A stretch of DNA of 63,005 nucleotides, counting the filler, from Folioceros fuciformis (Eukaryota): the NCBI GenBank assembly GCA_049999805.1. It is 3 parts of 3 records of this genome, joined end to end, with 100 filler letters (N's around TTAATTAATTAA, not from the genome) between each part and the next. Parts side by side here need not be neighbours in the genome. Positions count along the whole stretch, not along the records: positions 1 to 22,593 come from JBNGIO010006333.1; 2 more parts are not named here. One strand, written 5' to 3'. Position 1 is the stretch's first letter. Every line of letters begins with the position of its first letter. The position numbers and the translations under genes are program-made. Below the pieces are notes generated by a model. The model searched no databases. It saw nothing but the letters and a program-made list of their open reading frames with translations, and was not told the DNA's origin. Of the stretch, positions 1 through 12,159 are shown piece by piece.

Positions 1-109
1 CCTAATGTTAGCAACATGTGCATCCTTAACTTCAGTAGTGGGAGTATTGAGTCTTGTGGCACCCTCCAATTTTGGAGGAGTTTGCAAGGACAAAGAGGAA
101 ACATATTTC

Positions 110-426
110 CCTAGGTCTATACCATTGGGGATTCCTACAAACTTGGGATGGCTATCATGAAATGTTGCCATTGCAACAAAGTGTGGCCAAGAGGAGTTTG
201 TTTGGCTAGAGCTTGTCTTCATGTCCTTCTCCTTCTTGTAGAGCTTCTTCAAGTTTTCCAACTTTTGTTTGCATTAATTTTCTTAATTGTGAGGTAGCCC
301 ATGTTGTAGGTGCTGCTGATTTCTTGGGCAATTCGTGTGCTTAGTTCCCAAATTCCTGTGCTTCACGTGCAGAATCTACATCTCCAAGTGAGCATTAATA
401 AGTGTTGTTGTGGCCTCTTCACTCTA
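110..426 (-). pseudogene. Degenerate trihelix Myb/SANT-like DNA-binding ORF (probably a PIF/Harbinger ORF1 remnant)
   Basis: Manual minus-strand translation across stops and frameshifts: *SEEATTTLINAH...RIAQEIS...*CKQKLENLKKLYKKEKK...SSWPHFVAM, matching the trihelix pattern WSxxxTxxLI...QCKxKxENLKKxYK...WPxF. Confidence 0.65.
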
Positions 427-1669
427 TGCGACAAGGTTGGATCGTTTGCGTGCAACTTTCAAGAAATCTTTGGCACTTCCAGGCAAAATATCGTCGTCTA
501 ATTCCACCTTCTTCTCTATGTTGGGCCACCAGTACCCATGTAGATACAAATGGCTGCCTCCATGCTGCAATGTTATAGAGTGAAAGACGCCTTGTGTAGC
601 CTTGCATATACTTTATGTGGCTTGTTTATGTTGTTGTTGGGAAGATCCACACCTAGTGAAAGATCACGGCGTAGAGTTTTAGGTGATTGAGTTTAGGATC
701 CGCGGATATGCAATGGAACTAGTACTTGCACCCGGCCTACACCCATCTTATTGTGGAGGCTATTTATAGGCACACGACACTACGGAAGGGGTAGTGAGAA
801 GCCGAGTTGCAAGGAGAAGGAAAACCTTAAAATTAGGTTTTAGCGTTCTTTTTGGAAAGGACCAAGCTATTTGCAGTGACTCTTGTCAGCTGTTGGATGT
901 GAAAGCTGCATTAAACTCAACTTTCGCACGAGGTAAGGCAGTTGAAAAGAAGCTAGAGACAGAGGTAACCAGGCTAACCAGGCTTAAAAATGGACATAAC
1001 GAACAAAAAAAAAAAGAGAGCTAGTGCGAATCTTCGTGTTAGTGAAGAAGAAGAGATGTTAGGATTCTTCAATCTTGTGAAGAGCTCATGTGGCCGCTAT
1101 AAGAGACAAAACCAAACATGAGAATTCACCACTCCTTGGCCTTGGGAGAGAATGTTAAAAGTCATATGGTTGTTGGCCTTTGTTGTATTTGTTTAGATAC
1201 GATTATATCTTGGTCTCGTGTAAACTCACATTGGTCGATAATAGGATATGACAGCACTATAGCCTCAAAGGATCCCCTTTATATACCTTGGGATGACCAC
1301 TATGCTATTATAGTACTAAACTCTAGACCATAAATTCTTAGAACTAGCCATAAGCCCAACACGTTGGTAACCACTAATCTTAAGTGTCCATATGTTTCTA
1401 GGATGAATGAAACTCTGGATTATGTGCCACCTTAGCACTACTTTGACTTGTCAGTATATAAAGGGTAGACATCATTTGAGGATGGCTAAGTTCTTGTAAC
1501 AAAAGACGCAATCAAATAGCGTCTTTAGTAGCATACGATATAGACATATACTTTGCCTCAATAGAAGATAGAGAAACAATAGGTTACGACTTACTACTCC
1601 AACTAATAAAGGCATTTAAGACACAAAAAGCATATCTTTAAGTAGAGCTTCGAGTTTTCGTCATCTTTG

Positions 1670-3020
1670 AACATTGTCTCTAATATATTAGAGTTTTCTA
1701 AGATATATCTTACGAGTGTATCTTGGGTTCTAAAGGCTTTTTGAGAGATACGTCTAACAAGTGTATTCGGGGTTTTTTTGAGAGATACGTCTCATAAATG
1801 TATCAAGGGTTTTTTGCGAAATACATTTAATAATCTTTTAAGAAACATATATGAGGGTTTTTGGTTGATGGTGTTCCAACTTTAGACTTTTTTAGAGCAT
1901 GTTTGGTTGATGTTGTTCTTGTCCTATCGGTGAGGTTATTTTGGTTGGATTTTTTATTTTGGATTTATTAGTATGGCTCAAGATCGTGATCATTTTATAT
2001 ACCCAAGTTTAATGGCTCCAATTTTTCTTTTTGGAAGTTTTGCACAAAGGACTATGGCTCTTATGGATGATTGGTCTATTGTTGATGTTACTAAGGCCTA
2101 TCCTCAAAATGGTACCCCTACAAAACAATTGTCTTGGAGGCAAAAAAATTCTAAGGCTCTTATGCTTCTAGTTGGGTCTACTGAAGATTGTTGTCTTGGC
2201 CAACTCATGACTATAACTACATCAACAAAGGTTTGGCAAGTGTTGCTTTCTTCTTATGAATTGTATGGCTTGGCACATTCAAACATTTGCTATTGTAGTT
2301 TTAGTCATAAGTTGGCCAAGACAACAATCTTCAATAAACCCAACTAAAAGCACAAGAGCCTTAGAATTTTGTTTGTCTCCAAGACAACTGCTCTTGCAAG
2401 GGTACCATTTTGAGGATAAGCCTTAGTACCATCAACGATAGACCAATCATCCATAAGAGCCATAGACCAATCATCCATAAGAGCAATCTTTATACAAAAC
2501 TTCCAAAAGGAAAAAGTGGAGCCACTGTCTTGGGTATCTGAAATGAAGGCTCACTATCTTGAGCTATAATCACTTATTTAAATAAATAAATAATTTTTGA
2601 AAAATAAACAGACCAACCACAACAACCTCACCCTTAGGGTTGGAACAACATTAGCCNNNNNNNNNNNNNNNNNNNNNNNNNNNNNNNNNNNNNNNNNNNN
2701 NNNNNNNNNNNNNNNNNNNNNNNNNNNNNNNNNNNNNNNNNNNNNNNNNNNNNNNNAGCCTACCATCCTCACAAAAAATCCAGGGTGGGAACAACATTAA
2801 CCCAACACTTCACAAAACAATCCAAAAAGTTTATAACTGGAACACTATCAGCCAATAAATCCATGGCTGGAACACATTAAACAAAAAATCCACTGCTTGA
2901 ACACCATCAACCAAAAAACCCTCAAGATAGCTTGTTAGACGCATCTCTCACAAACCTTTAGAGTCTAAGATACACTCATAAGATACATCTCAGAAAACTC
3001 TAATATTTGAGAGACACAAT
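1670..3020. repeat. Large diverged inverted (fold-back) duplication of a Copia LTR/gag remnant
   Basis: ~1670-2242 is the reverse complement of ~2274-3020 (e.g. ttgttgtcttggccaact vs agttggccaagacaacaa); loop ~30 bp; the right arm contains an N gap. Confidence 0.8.
1973..2260 (+). mobile_element. Ty1/Copia gag (UBN2-like) fragment
   Basis: DDWSIVD...WRQKNSKALMLLVGS...TSTKVWQVLLSSYE resembles Copia gag N-terminus and the gag at 53464-56634. Confidence 0.7.
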
Positions 3021-3752
3021 TAAAGGGTTTCTCATACACCTTTACGTACCTTTAAAAATATAATCCTAAGATACCTAAGATAAGTTGATTAGACATATGT
3101 TAGATACAAGATATTGTAAGCCCTACAATTAAGACTAAGATACTTGGATTGGATGATGCTTTAATATCATGAGATGATACACTTAAATCACAAAAATATA
3201 AGAAAGGCTTTATAGCAAGGGTCCGAGAGCATAGAAGTAATAACAACAACGACCTATAAGACCCTTCCTCTCAAGAGTATCATGGGACTTAGTCTCATGA
3301 GACTCGAGAGTCTGGAGACTCAACAGACTCTTGACTAAGAGGACAACACTACAACATCAAGGAGGCCCGTTATATACCCTAGGGTGACACTATGCTATTA
3401 TAGTACTAAACTCTGGTGCACAAATCCTTAGGACTTGCCATAAGCCCTAGCATGCTGGCAACCACTGATCTTCCCAACTATTACAGAATCTGTTATTCTA
3501 TCGTGATAACAAGAACCGGACGAGGAAGAGGGGACGGCCTTTCTGCGCAGCACGCAACGTTCTTTTCGCGCTCCGCAGTTGTGATAACACCAAAGTATGG
3601 CAACATGCACTTAAATTTATCCTTTCCTGGCAGCAATCACCAATTCCTCGGTCGCTTCTTCTCCCTTTCCCTCTACCGCCAACTTTTGTGCCTTCGACTT
3701 CAGCCGCTCTTCCTTTGATTTCTCGAGCTTGAGCCGCTCTTTTAGCTTTCGC

Positions 3753-4915
3753 TCAACCTACACAGCCAAGTTTCTCAAGCTGAGGTTTTCTTTGAAAGAT
3801 TGAGCATGCAGGATTAGTCCACCAAGAAAGTGTATTCTCCACACCATTGTCATTCTGTCTTACCAGCTCTCTCATCGTCTCCTGCATTATGGCATAGGGC
3901 TGGCGCGGATATGGATGTTGAGTGGCCTGGGAAAATAGCGCACACTCGAGGAAAGTGAAGCTGATTTCGGGGCCTGGAAACCCCACGCGTGCACCTCATG
4001 TTCTCAAGTTACCAGTATGGCCAGGGGCTCGATTTATAGGATCCATCCATATGAGACACATGTTGTCCCCGGGTGTGAAGACTTGACCAGCAATAGCACC
4101 TGTGCTTGATGAACAATTCCTCGGGAAAGTAGGAAAGGGTTGCCACAACTTGTCGTGGACATGTAAGTGACATGAAAAAAGAGTTGTGTTCACTGGTTTC
4201 AATGGAGATAGCACAATCACCTCCAGACAGGGAACGCAAATATCCTCTGCTTGCACTCCTCTACAGCGATGTCCACAACCCAAAGTCCGCCTACACAAAA
4301 GCGTCAAGAGCTCCTACAGTCCGGTTGCGAAGAAACAGCAGAAGCGAGATTCTGCACGTGCTTTCCCAGGCACGAGGAAGCATCCATTTTACTTCTTCGA
4401 AACTCGTGTCTCAGCTGCTTTGAAGACATGAACTCCAGTTCTTTGAAGTCTGTGTCTCTCGTCACTGGCAGAACGAATAATTCCCTTAAAAACGGTGAAT
4501 GCGGTAGCAGATAGCTCCTCCCTGTACTGCCCGACAATTTCCAGAAGCTCTTCATCACATTCAAGGTTGTCCCGAACTTCGTCCTTGAGGTGGACGGGGC
4601 CTACCGAAAAGGATTCCTGAGTCTTTGGATCCCAGCGACAGAGCGAGAAACATTTGAAGTACCAACGCTCTCCAACAGATTTGCCACCATCTCCCCTGCT
4701 TGACGCTGTCGTTCTGACTGCTACCGCCTCTGCACGCTGGGTGAGAGGAAGGAATCAGAACCGAAGCCCGAGACCCCGGGAGATAAACTTGTACCATTGT
4801 CTCCTTTCCTGTTGTTGGTACAGCCTCCACCTACATAAGTGATGAGAACAGAAGGACAGTGTAGGACCACTGCGTATAGCCCTTGGCCTACCACACCATT
4901 TCGTGTCCGTGGCAT
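3753..4915 (-). pseudogene. MYCBP2/Highwire/RPM-1-like C-terminal Cys-rich + RING E3 ligase pseudogene
   Basis: Joined frames read AVSSQPDC/LLTLLCRRTLGCGHRCRGVQAEDICVPCLE [intron] GDNMCLIWMDPINRAP/AILVT*EHEVHA/GFPGPEISFTFLECALF, paralleling MYCBP2 (recalled) VCSDADC...CSKTHPCGHPCGGVKNEEHCLPCL...[27 protein letters not shown]...GPRITFGFISCPIC; frameshifts and stops present; outer boundaries approximate. Confidence 0.7.
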
Positions 4916-4986
4916 ACGGACCGCGACGGCGAGCCGAACAGGCCTCCCCTCACCATTTCAAGGTTTTCCAGGAGGAGAAGCGAATT

Positions 4987-5021
4987 GCCACGTGGCATGA
5001 CGTGGCGTGGCGCCACGTGGC
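4987..5021. promoter_or_regulatory. G-box/ABRE cluster
   Basis: GCCACGTGGC at 4987 and 5012, TGACGTGGC at 4998, followed by ATTGG (reverse CCAAT) at ~5024. Confidence 0.5.
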
Positions 5022-5839
5022 TGATTGGCTTGATGCCGCTACTAGGTTAGTCGGGTTAATCGCGCGCTGATTTCACCGCGACGCATGCATGATTCTGGAC
5101 GGGCCATCAGGCTATGACGACGAGGCCGTCGTCTGCCAAGAATGGCCAGTTTGCCTCGGCTGTTGATCAGGGGATCGGTTTGGGCCGCTCACATCACAGC
5201 CACCCCGGCTCCGCTCCCTCCCACGCCCTGCTGCACCGTTGGCGGAAGCAGAGCGTGCGCCTGCTTTCCTGTGTGGCAGATGTTGCGCTGAGGCATGAAC
5301 GGCATCTTCAACCACTTGCGTTCCCGGACACAAAGCTCCGAGGTAAAAACAGGAGGATCACGTCACAAATTTGCAACAGCTCGTACAGGAGTTGTGCGAT
5401 CCCACGCAGATTGAAGTAAGTCATTACAAAGAACCTGACACCTTGTCACATTCCAATACCTGGTGCTTTCTTCATTGCAAGCAGTCTAGTCTAGGAGAGA
5501 TTGCTGTATGGTGCACCAGCTGCCTTGTGTGGTGGAGTGGATGTGTCTGACGACGAAAGTGTTCAAGCCACTCATTTCATCCTTGTTTTTCCGTTTCTGT
5601 CCAATTTCAGGACCGACCGCACTGATCTATCTGCATCCCCAGGAGGAGTATAATGATGTGCAAGTATTGCTGTACAATTAAGAAGGAGGATAGTGGAGGT
5701 CAAGAATCTGTCTTGGTAAATGCACATACTGTCAAGTACGTCAAGAAGACTGAGGACTTTGTCGCGGGCTGCTTTCGTCTTTCTCATGGGCATCAATCAT
5801 TACTTCCAGTGAGGTAGTACACTTTCAACTCCCAAGGTG

Positions 5840-7071
5840 CTAATGCCAGCAAGGCTCAGGGAGGAAGTGAGCGTTTGATTTCGAGTATGACCCTTGCGAT
5901 GGAAAATCTATAAAATCGTGTGGTTTACTGGAGACTGTTCTGAAATTGACTGAGTAGCTCATGCTCGTGCATATGGAGGCAGGATCTCTGAAAAGACCGG
6001 TTGTTACTGCATCCTGTGCCCACGGATTTAATGGTGAGCCACAACAATGTGGGCGTTGACACGGCATCTTATTCTTTCACTTCTTCAATCTCTGATATCC
6101 GACGTTCTGGTCTTCGTACTTCTTGGCTAATTCTAGTGGCACTGTGAGGATCCTCGGCACCTTCATGTGTCGCCGGTGAGAGGAACTTGTCTTCAAGTTT
6201 CTTCTTTTCAGACTCCATCTGTTGCAAAGTCTTGGATAGCTGGAAAAGCACCCGCTTATGATTCTCTACATCGTTTTTAGATTTTTCTTTCAATAGCCTG
6301 ATTTCGCTATCCTTTATAGCGATCGCATTCTCCAGTTGGGCAACTCTTCTTTTCACCGTCACGTGATCAAAAGGATTAGTCAGAGAACGTGGTAGAGAGA
6401 ACTCTGCAGACCCTCCTCTTTGGCAAAGCTTGTCCATGTACTCCGCTTTCAGTTTTGAGATATGGGCAAAGGTATCCAACATGCTCGATTTATTAGCTTC
6501 ACTCCACTGTGTGACCGTCCTTATGTATGGGTCATCTGCAGGTGCCACTTGAACATATTGTGACATGTAACACTTCTCCAATGATGCAACAGATTGGAAG
6601 ATATCCTGTATAAGCATATGACCCTCCGATGCAAGCTGTTCAGCTCGGTTGAGGCTGTTGTAGGCAGCGTTATTTTGTAGAATAGTAACTGGTGGAACAG
6701 GCTTCAGGCTCTTGGCCGAATTCTTTGACCACGGCTTACTTATCCTCAACCTAGACAGCCAGCTCTGCAATCTTGAGGGAGGTGCTTCTGGACAGGCCAC
6801 GTACGCCATTAAATGATCAAATTCTATGAGACACAGTGCAATTTATTAATGCTGGAAGGGCAAGACTTGGAGCACCTGGGTCTGGCGATCTCTCTCTGAA
6901 GGCCCGCATCTCCGCTTCTACTGGCCGCCGCCTTCTTACTGAAGCTTGTGACCCAGCTACACCGGCTGCAGCCGCATCCCTGTCATCTTGTGCAGAGCTG
7001 CTCAGCTGGGACTGCTGCTTTGGGCCCCGCCTTCTCCTCCACAGACCGCAGGCCGACAGGACACCACCCAT
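5840..7071 (-). CDS. DUF641 (GIL1/IRKI-like) coiled-coil protein with predicted N-terminal acylation
   Basis: Exon 1 7071-6876 (MGGVLSACG...) joins in frame through an 88-bp GT-AG intron (6875-6788) to the ORF with LIQDIFQSVASLEKCY...ISKLKAEY...KDSEIRLLKEK (DUF641-like); 3' end uncertain (stop at 6069, or a further exon ending at 5840). Confidence 0.6.
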
Positions 7072-7559
7072 GTTGAGCTAAACCATTCACTACCGTGATT
7101 GCAAGTACGATGTCACGGGAACAGCATGTTGCTGTCTGGTTGTCAGCAAACCCCTTTACGTCCCAAGATGTCTGGCTGCAGCGTGGTTCTGGCCTGGATC
7201 ATCTGAGGATCTAGCCAATGTCTTCATGCACCAGCTTGTTACAGTTGAGGACCACGCAAAAGTCACCACGTCCAAGGAAAGGCCAAGCAACCAGAACATT
7301 GCCGCTTCCTCTTTCGCACGGTTTTGCGCAGTGAAGCTGGTAAGGGACAGGTTGTCACCTTCTCTCTTCCCACAGTGGATAGTAGTACAGGTTCTCACGG
7401 AGTCAACCTTTACAATTTCCAAGTTTTTTTTGATAGATATACCCACCGACATACATACATACATACATACATACATACATCGGAATGTTTCAGTAGCTAC
7501 TAACTATAACACGTATGAATACAGGTAATTAACGTATGCGCAATGGACGCGCATGAGTC

Positions 7560-8959
7560 TCAGTCCCAGATCAGCACGACAGAAACAACAGCTACCCCGA
7601 GCGTGGCTGCCAGAACCTTGAGGAAGGGATCATCCGCCGCAATCCTGCCGTCCGGCCTGTATCCTTTAGCCAAGAGATGGTTGATTGCCACATAGATAAA
7701 AATTCCAGTGGCCAGGCCCATGGAGATAGCATAAATCCAGTCGGCAGTTGCCCCTTGCGTTGAGGCATTGATGATAATCCCAACCGCCACACCGATGGGC
7801 GAGGAGATGGCGAAAGCGAAGGCATAGCTGGCGCAGGCAAGAAATGGCCGTTCAGGCAGTACCCGCAGCAGCGCGATGGCCATAGCTATAGCGGCAAACA
7901 CCTTATGCAAACTCACCGTCCATAAAGCTTTCCATGCCTCCTTTTCAGTAGCTGCATCCACGATTCAAAGCCATGAGTAACTTGGTTGCCATTGCCGGCA
8001 TCTCACACGATAATGGTGCGCGAAAGCTAAGAACTTGTCATTTGCGACTCACGTGCAATCCCGATGGCTATGCCTTCGAACACGGAGTGGAAACACAAAG
8101 CGAAGATGAGGAGAATCGCATCTCCGTAGGACGCCTTGGGAACCGCTGCCAGACCCCTTGTTGGCTTGAAGTGATCCTCCTCAGCCTGATGTTGTAATAA
8201 GCGGCACCGGAAGTGAGGCTAATTGCGGCACTGGCTAACAAGGCTGTTTGAAAAAGTTGGAGAAAACGGACGATCTGCTCTCAACGCTTTAAAATTTCGC
8301 TCACTCACTCACCTTCCACTCGTTCGGTCCACCAGTATCGGCCTTGCCCTCTGCGCAAATTCAAGCCGGAAGATCCAAGGGCAAGATCAGCCACAAACGC
8401 AAGACACATTAGCATATCGAAACGTTCGCACTTTGAGCTGCCTACCTGAACCTTTACTGCTCTCCAAGTCGGATCCCGCAGATTGCTCCTTCCGATCGGA
8501 CCTGCCGTACACCGACTGGATGAGGGCATCAGCGAGCATCGTGATCAAGAACCCTACGCAGACCAGCATGAAGGCGAAGGGGTACGTCTTCTCGGAATGC
8601 AGCTTGAAAGTGGCATCGGAGTCCGGGAGGAAGTGAATTACGGACACGCCTAGGAAGACGCCTCCGGCGAACTGCGTTCCCAGGACCAAGAACGACTCGT
8701 CCCAGCGGAAGAACTGAGGGGAGATGCCAGGGATGAAGGTGGCGAAGAAGACGATGATGACCGCGTAAACCTTCACCAGCACCAGACCCTTCCGGCGGAG
8801 GTCGCGATCACCCTCCGCCACTGCGGCCCCCGCATCGCCGTCCTCGCCGCCGCCTCCGTGGTCGTGCCCCACGTGAGCCTGCACGAGGCACATCTGGAGC
8901 ACCACCAGCAGCAGCGCCAAACTCCATAGCCACACCATGGCAGCAGCTGCCTTCCCCAT
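7560..8959 (-). CDS. ZIP2: ZIP family zinc transporter (AtZIP2/ZIP11-like)
   Basis: Signal peptide + [42 protein letters not shown], ends VLIWD; about 4 exons with GT-AG introns. Confidence 0.93.
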
Positions 8960-9504
8960 TGCTCTGCCCCGAGCTGCAACCGCTGCGTCCAGCGGGAATT
9001 AAAGGTGCCTTGGATCCGGACCAGAAGCCATGCAGATTTCTGCTGTCCAATTCATGGCCGGTGCGTCATCTGTGCGCCACAAGTACGGCAAGGTGCCGTG
9101 CCGGGGGATGCCATATTTAGTAGCAGGTAGGAAGCATGGAAGACGCTGGCAGGCGAGGCGAGGCGAGCTCACGATTGACGGAAGAGCAGGATGATCGCTT
9201 GGTAGTACACCAGAAGTACAGCCAACGGCCAGGCGTCCCAGGACTCTGTCGTACAGCCCCGCGTGATCTCTGGTAACGCTCGCCTTAACTCTCCGTCACG
9301 TTAAGTAGTGTCGATTTTGATTAACTGGATTTCGACTAGGAGTTAAAGGGATTCGCGGCTCTCCCGCTCTCCGGTGCAATTTGGGTGACGTCGTGGTACA
9401 GCACAGATTGGAGCCCGAGGACTTCAGTAATTGGTGGCTGGATTGGAAGCGTGTCTGATGGGAATGAACTTCTTGGTTTAAGGATCTCAAGTCTCGGCTG
9501 CGAC

Positions 9505-10378
9505 ATGGTATATGCTGCTATGGCCTCGTTTCCCGTAGCCTTACAGCTCAACAGATAGGAATTCGCGTCTGTGGTGGTATAAGAGAAAGGATTCCGACAG
9601 GGTGTAGGGTGCAGGTGTTGGTTTGTTCAGCTACTGATTTTTGTCGTTGCCAACAGTCTGTCACGTTGCACACCAACCTTGGGGACATCAAATGTGAAAT
9701 CTACTGCGATGAGGTTCCTAAGGCATCGGAGGTACCAGGTTGTGTCTGGGGGAAGTTGCACTCGGATTTAGGGTTTCCAGGCTCACCTTGTTTTCTCTGC
9801 AGAACTTCCTGGCTCTGTGTGCCAGCAGCTACTACGATGCGACAACGTTTCACAGGAACATCAAGGGTTTCATGATTCAAGGGGGAGATCCCACGGGAAC
9901 AGGCCGTGGGGGCACCAGCATATGGGGACGAAAGTTCAATGATGAAATTCGGGAGTCTCTCAAAGTACAGTTTGAGTTAGCTCGTCTCGTGCATGGTGCT
10001 GCTCTTCTGTTTAGGATGTTCAAGATCTCACGAGAGTTTCCGTTGCAGCATAACGCGAGGGGCGTACTGTCTATGGCGAATAGCGGACCCAATACCAATG
10101 GCAGCCAGTTTTTCATCACTTATGCCAAGCAGCCACATCTGAATGGACTGTACACCATCTTTGGGAGAGTCATCCATGGATTTGAGGTGCTGGATGTCAT
10201 GGAGAAGGTACTGGAATCCACCTCGTCACCGCTTTCCGTTGACCCCCATTTTTCTCTGATCTTTGACATTTGAAAAACGCTTTGTAATTCGCAGACTCCA
10301 ACTGGAGCTGGAGACAAGCCTCTGGCCGAGATCAGGTTGAATAGAGTGACGATACATGCCAACCCCTTAGCAGGTTGA
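9505..10378 (+). CDS. CYP18-1: Cyclophilin-type peptidyl-prolyl isomerase, PPIL3/CYP18-1 ortholog
   Basis: ATG-only first exon, [54 protein letters not shown], ends TIHANPLAG*; 5 exons. Confidence 0.95.
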
Positions 10379-10691
10379 CATGAACAAGCAAAGCAAAGGG
10401 GGTCGCAGGCTTAACTTCAGAGCACGTGTCTGAACGCATGCATTGAGTTCTGTCCGCATTGACTAAGAGAAATGTTCATATGTACACAAACTTCTACGAT
10501 CAGTAAACCACATTCCAGCTCTTTCACAAAATTCATGCGGTACCTTTCATCTTTTGAATAGGTACCTCCTCCCTGCAAAACTCTACCTCCATGCGTCCGT
10601 CTTCAGAGTTGACCAGGTTGCTAGATGGTCTCACTTTCTGGAACATGAGATTGGGAGAGCATACAAGAGAGCCCTAGCAAAGTGAATGTGC

Positions 10692-11243
10692 TCAACAGAA
10701 CGCAGTAGGCGAGGGGTCGCCGGATATGAGCATCTTGGAGACGGATAACAAGCAGAAAAGCACAACAGTGGCGCCAACGTAGTGAGCCTCCTTGACGACA
10801 CACTTCAGAAAGCTAACGGCAATCTCCCTCGCAATCTTCCTCCCGTCCTGAATTATCACCTGCTTCCTCCACAAGCCCTTGCCAAACACATACTCGAACA
10901 CGATGGTAGTGGTCCAGGTCATGATCATACGGGGAACCAGAAACACGACCAATCCCGTCATCACCAGCATGCCGACCTCCACTCCCAGCACCAGCGTTGC
11001 CGTCAGGATGGACCAGTTCGTGGCGCTGCGGCTGTGCACTGTCAAGTCCCAGGTAGAGAAGATCTGCAACAAGACGTAGAGACCCCACAAGCTGATGGCG
11101 ACAGTGAGCAGCGAATTCCCGACCCTGGAGACGCGTTCCTGCGTCTCCACGCTTGGCCTACGAGGCGCGGGCAGGCCCGCCGTCTCCGTCGCCCCCCCGG
11201 ATTCTTCCTCCGGCATGTCACACCCGCACGCAGATGCGACCAT
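10692..11243 (-). CDS. Uncharacterized plant multi-pass membrane protein
   Basis: Intronless 183-aa ORF with 3-4 hydrophobic segments and a ...TW...GK..RK.VI.DGRKI.REI motif reminiscent of a conserved small plant membrane family. Confidence 0.6.
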   Translation of the reverse strand: MVASACGCDMPEEESGGATETAGLPAPRRPSVETQERVSRVGNSLLTVAISLWGLYVLLQIFSTWDLTVHSRSATNWSILTATLVLGVEVGMLVMTGLVVFLVPRMIMTWTTTIVFEYVFGKGLWRKQVIIQDGRKIAREIAVSFLKCVVKEAHYVGATVVLFCLLSVSKMLISGDPSPTAFC

Positions 11244-12159
11244 CGCTAGCCCCGCTCAACAGGCATCAAGAACCGTGCACATCCTCTTGCTGCATCTCCG
11301 TTGGCATCCACGACGCCACTCCTCGGCGTCGGCCACTGCGGGAGCGACGCGCTTGCTTCCATCCCCCCGTCCCCAGGGACACACCTTATAGGAACCATGC
11401 GATTAAGGATCGTGTGCTAAATCGTTACTTAGATAAGGTGCTTAACGGGAAATGCGATACATACTTAGATGAGGTGCGTAAAGGGACGTAAGCCCTGAGA
11501 AGGCTAGTAGGTGTAGCATGATACAAGTTAAGTCGTACATGCCAAGTCCGCGACGGAAATCCGTCGTTAGTGGACTCTAAAATAGAATTCTTCGTCGTCT
11601 GTCGACGGGACGGGAACTACCGATCGGGGACGGGGTCGAAACTTCACAAGACATTTCCAGAGCCCGGGCCCGGGCCCGGGCTAAGGGGACCAGGACCAGG
11701 CCCCGGCCACCCAGGCAGGGCATGCCTCGATGCTCGATGTACCACCGGGTCCCGGGGGCGTTGCCTGTTGAAAAGAGGAGACAAAGCTTTGAGGGGAGTT
11801 GCTGTTGCTATCGCTTCGGCTCGCGGAGACGGAATTGCTGGCATAGCCGGCGGGCTGTGCGTGTCTGGGACGGGCGATCCTGCTGCAACGTGTCTGGCTT
11901 CTGTCGCGTCGGGTCCGCATGGCGAGCGAGGGAGGCGGACTGACGGCGGTGCGCTGCGGGCTGGTGCGCAGGGGCTCCGGGTGCAGTTTGCGGGAGCGCA
12001 TGAAGGAGCCCTGGCCAGCGGGAGAGGCGGAATTGGTGTTCGCTGTAGGAGATTGAGCGGAGCGATGCAATGGTGGACACGGCGGGGGATCGGAATGGGA
12101 GCCCTGTGGTGAAGAGTGCTGAGTGAGTGATTGCGGGGTTGGCGGGCGAAGCTGCAGCC

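Noticed and set aside
11551-11580. Hairpin CGACGGA-AA-TCCGTCG followed by CTAA as a possible Helitron 3' end
   Set aside because: Not followed by the expected T, and no supporting 5' TC end or Helitron coding sequence.
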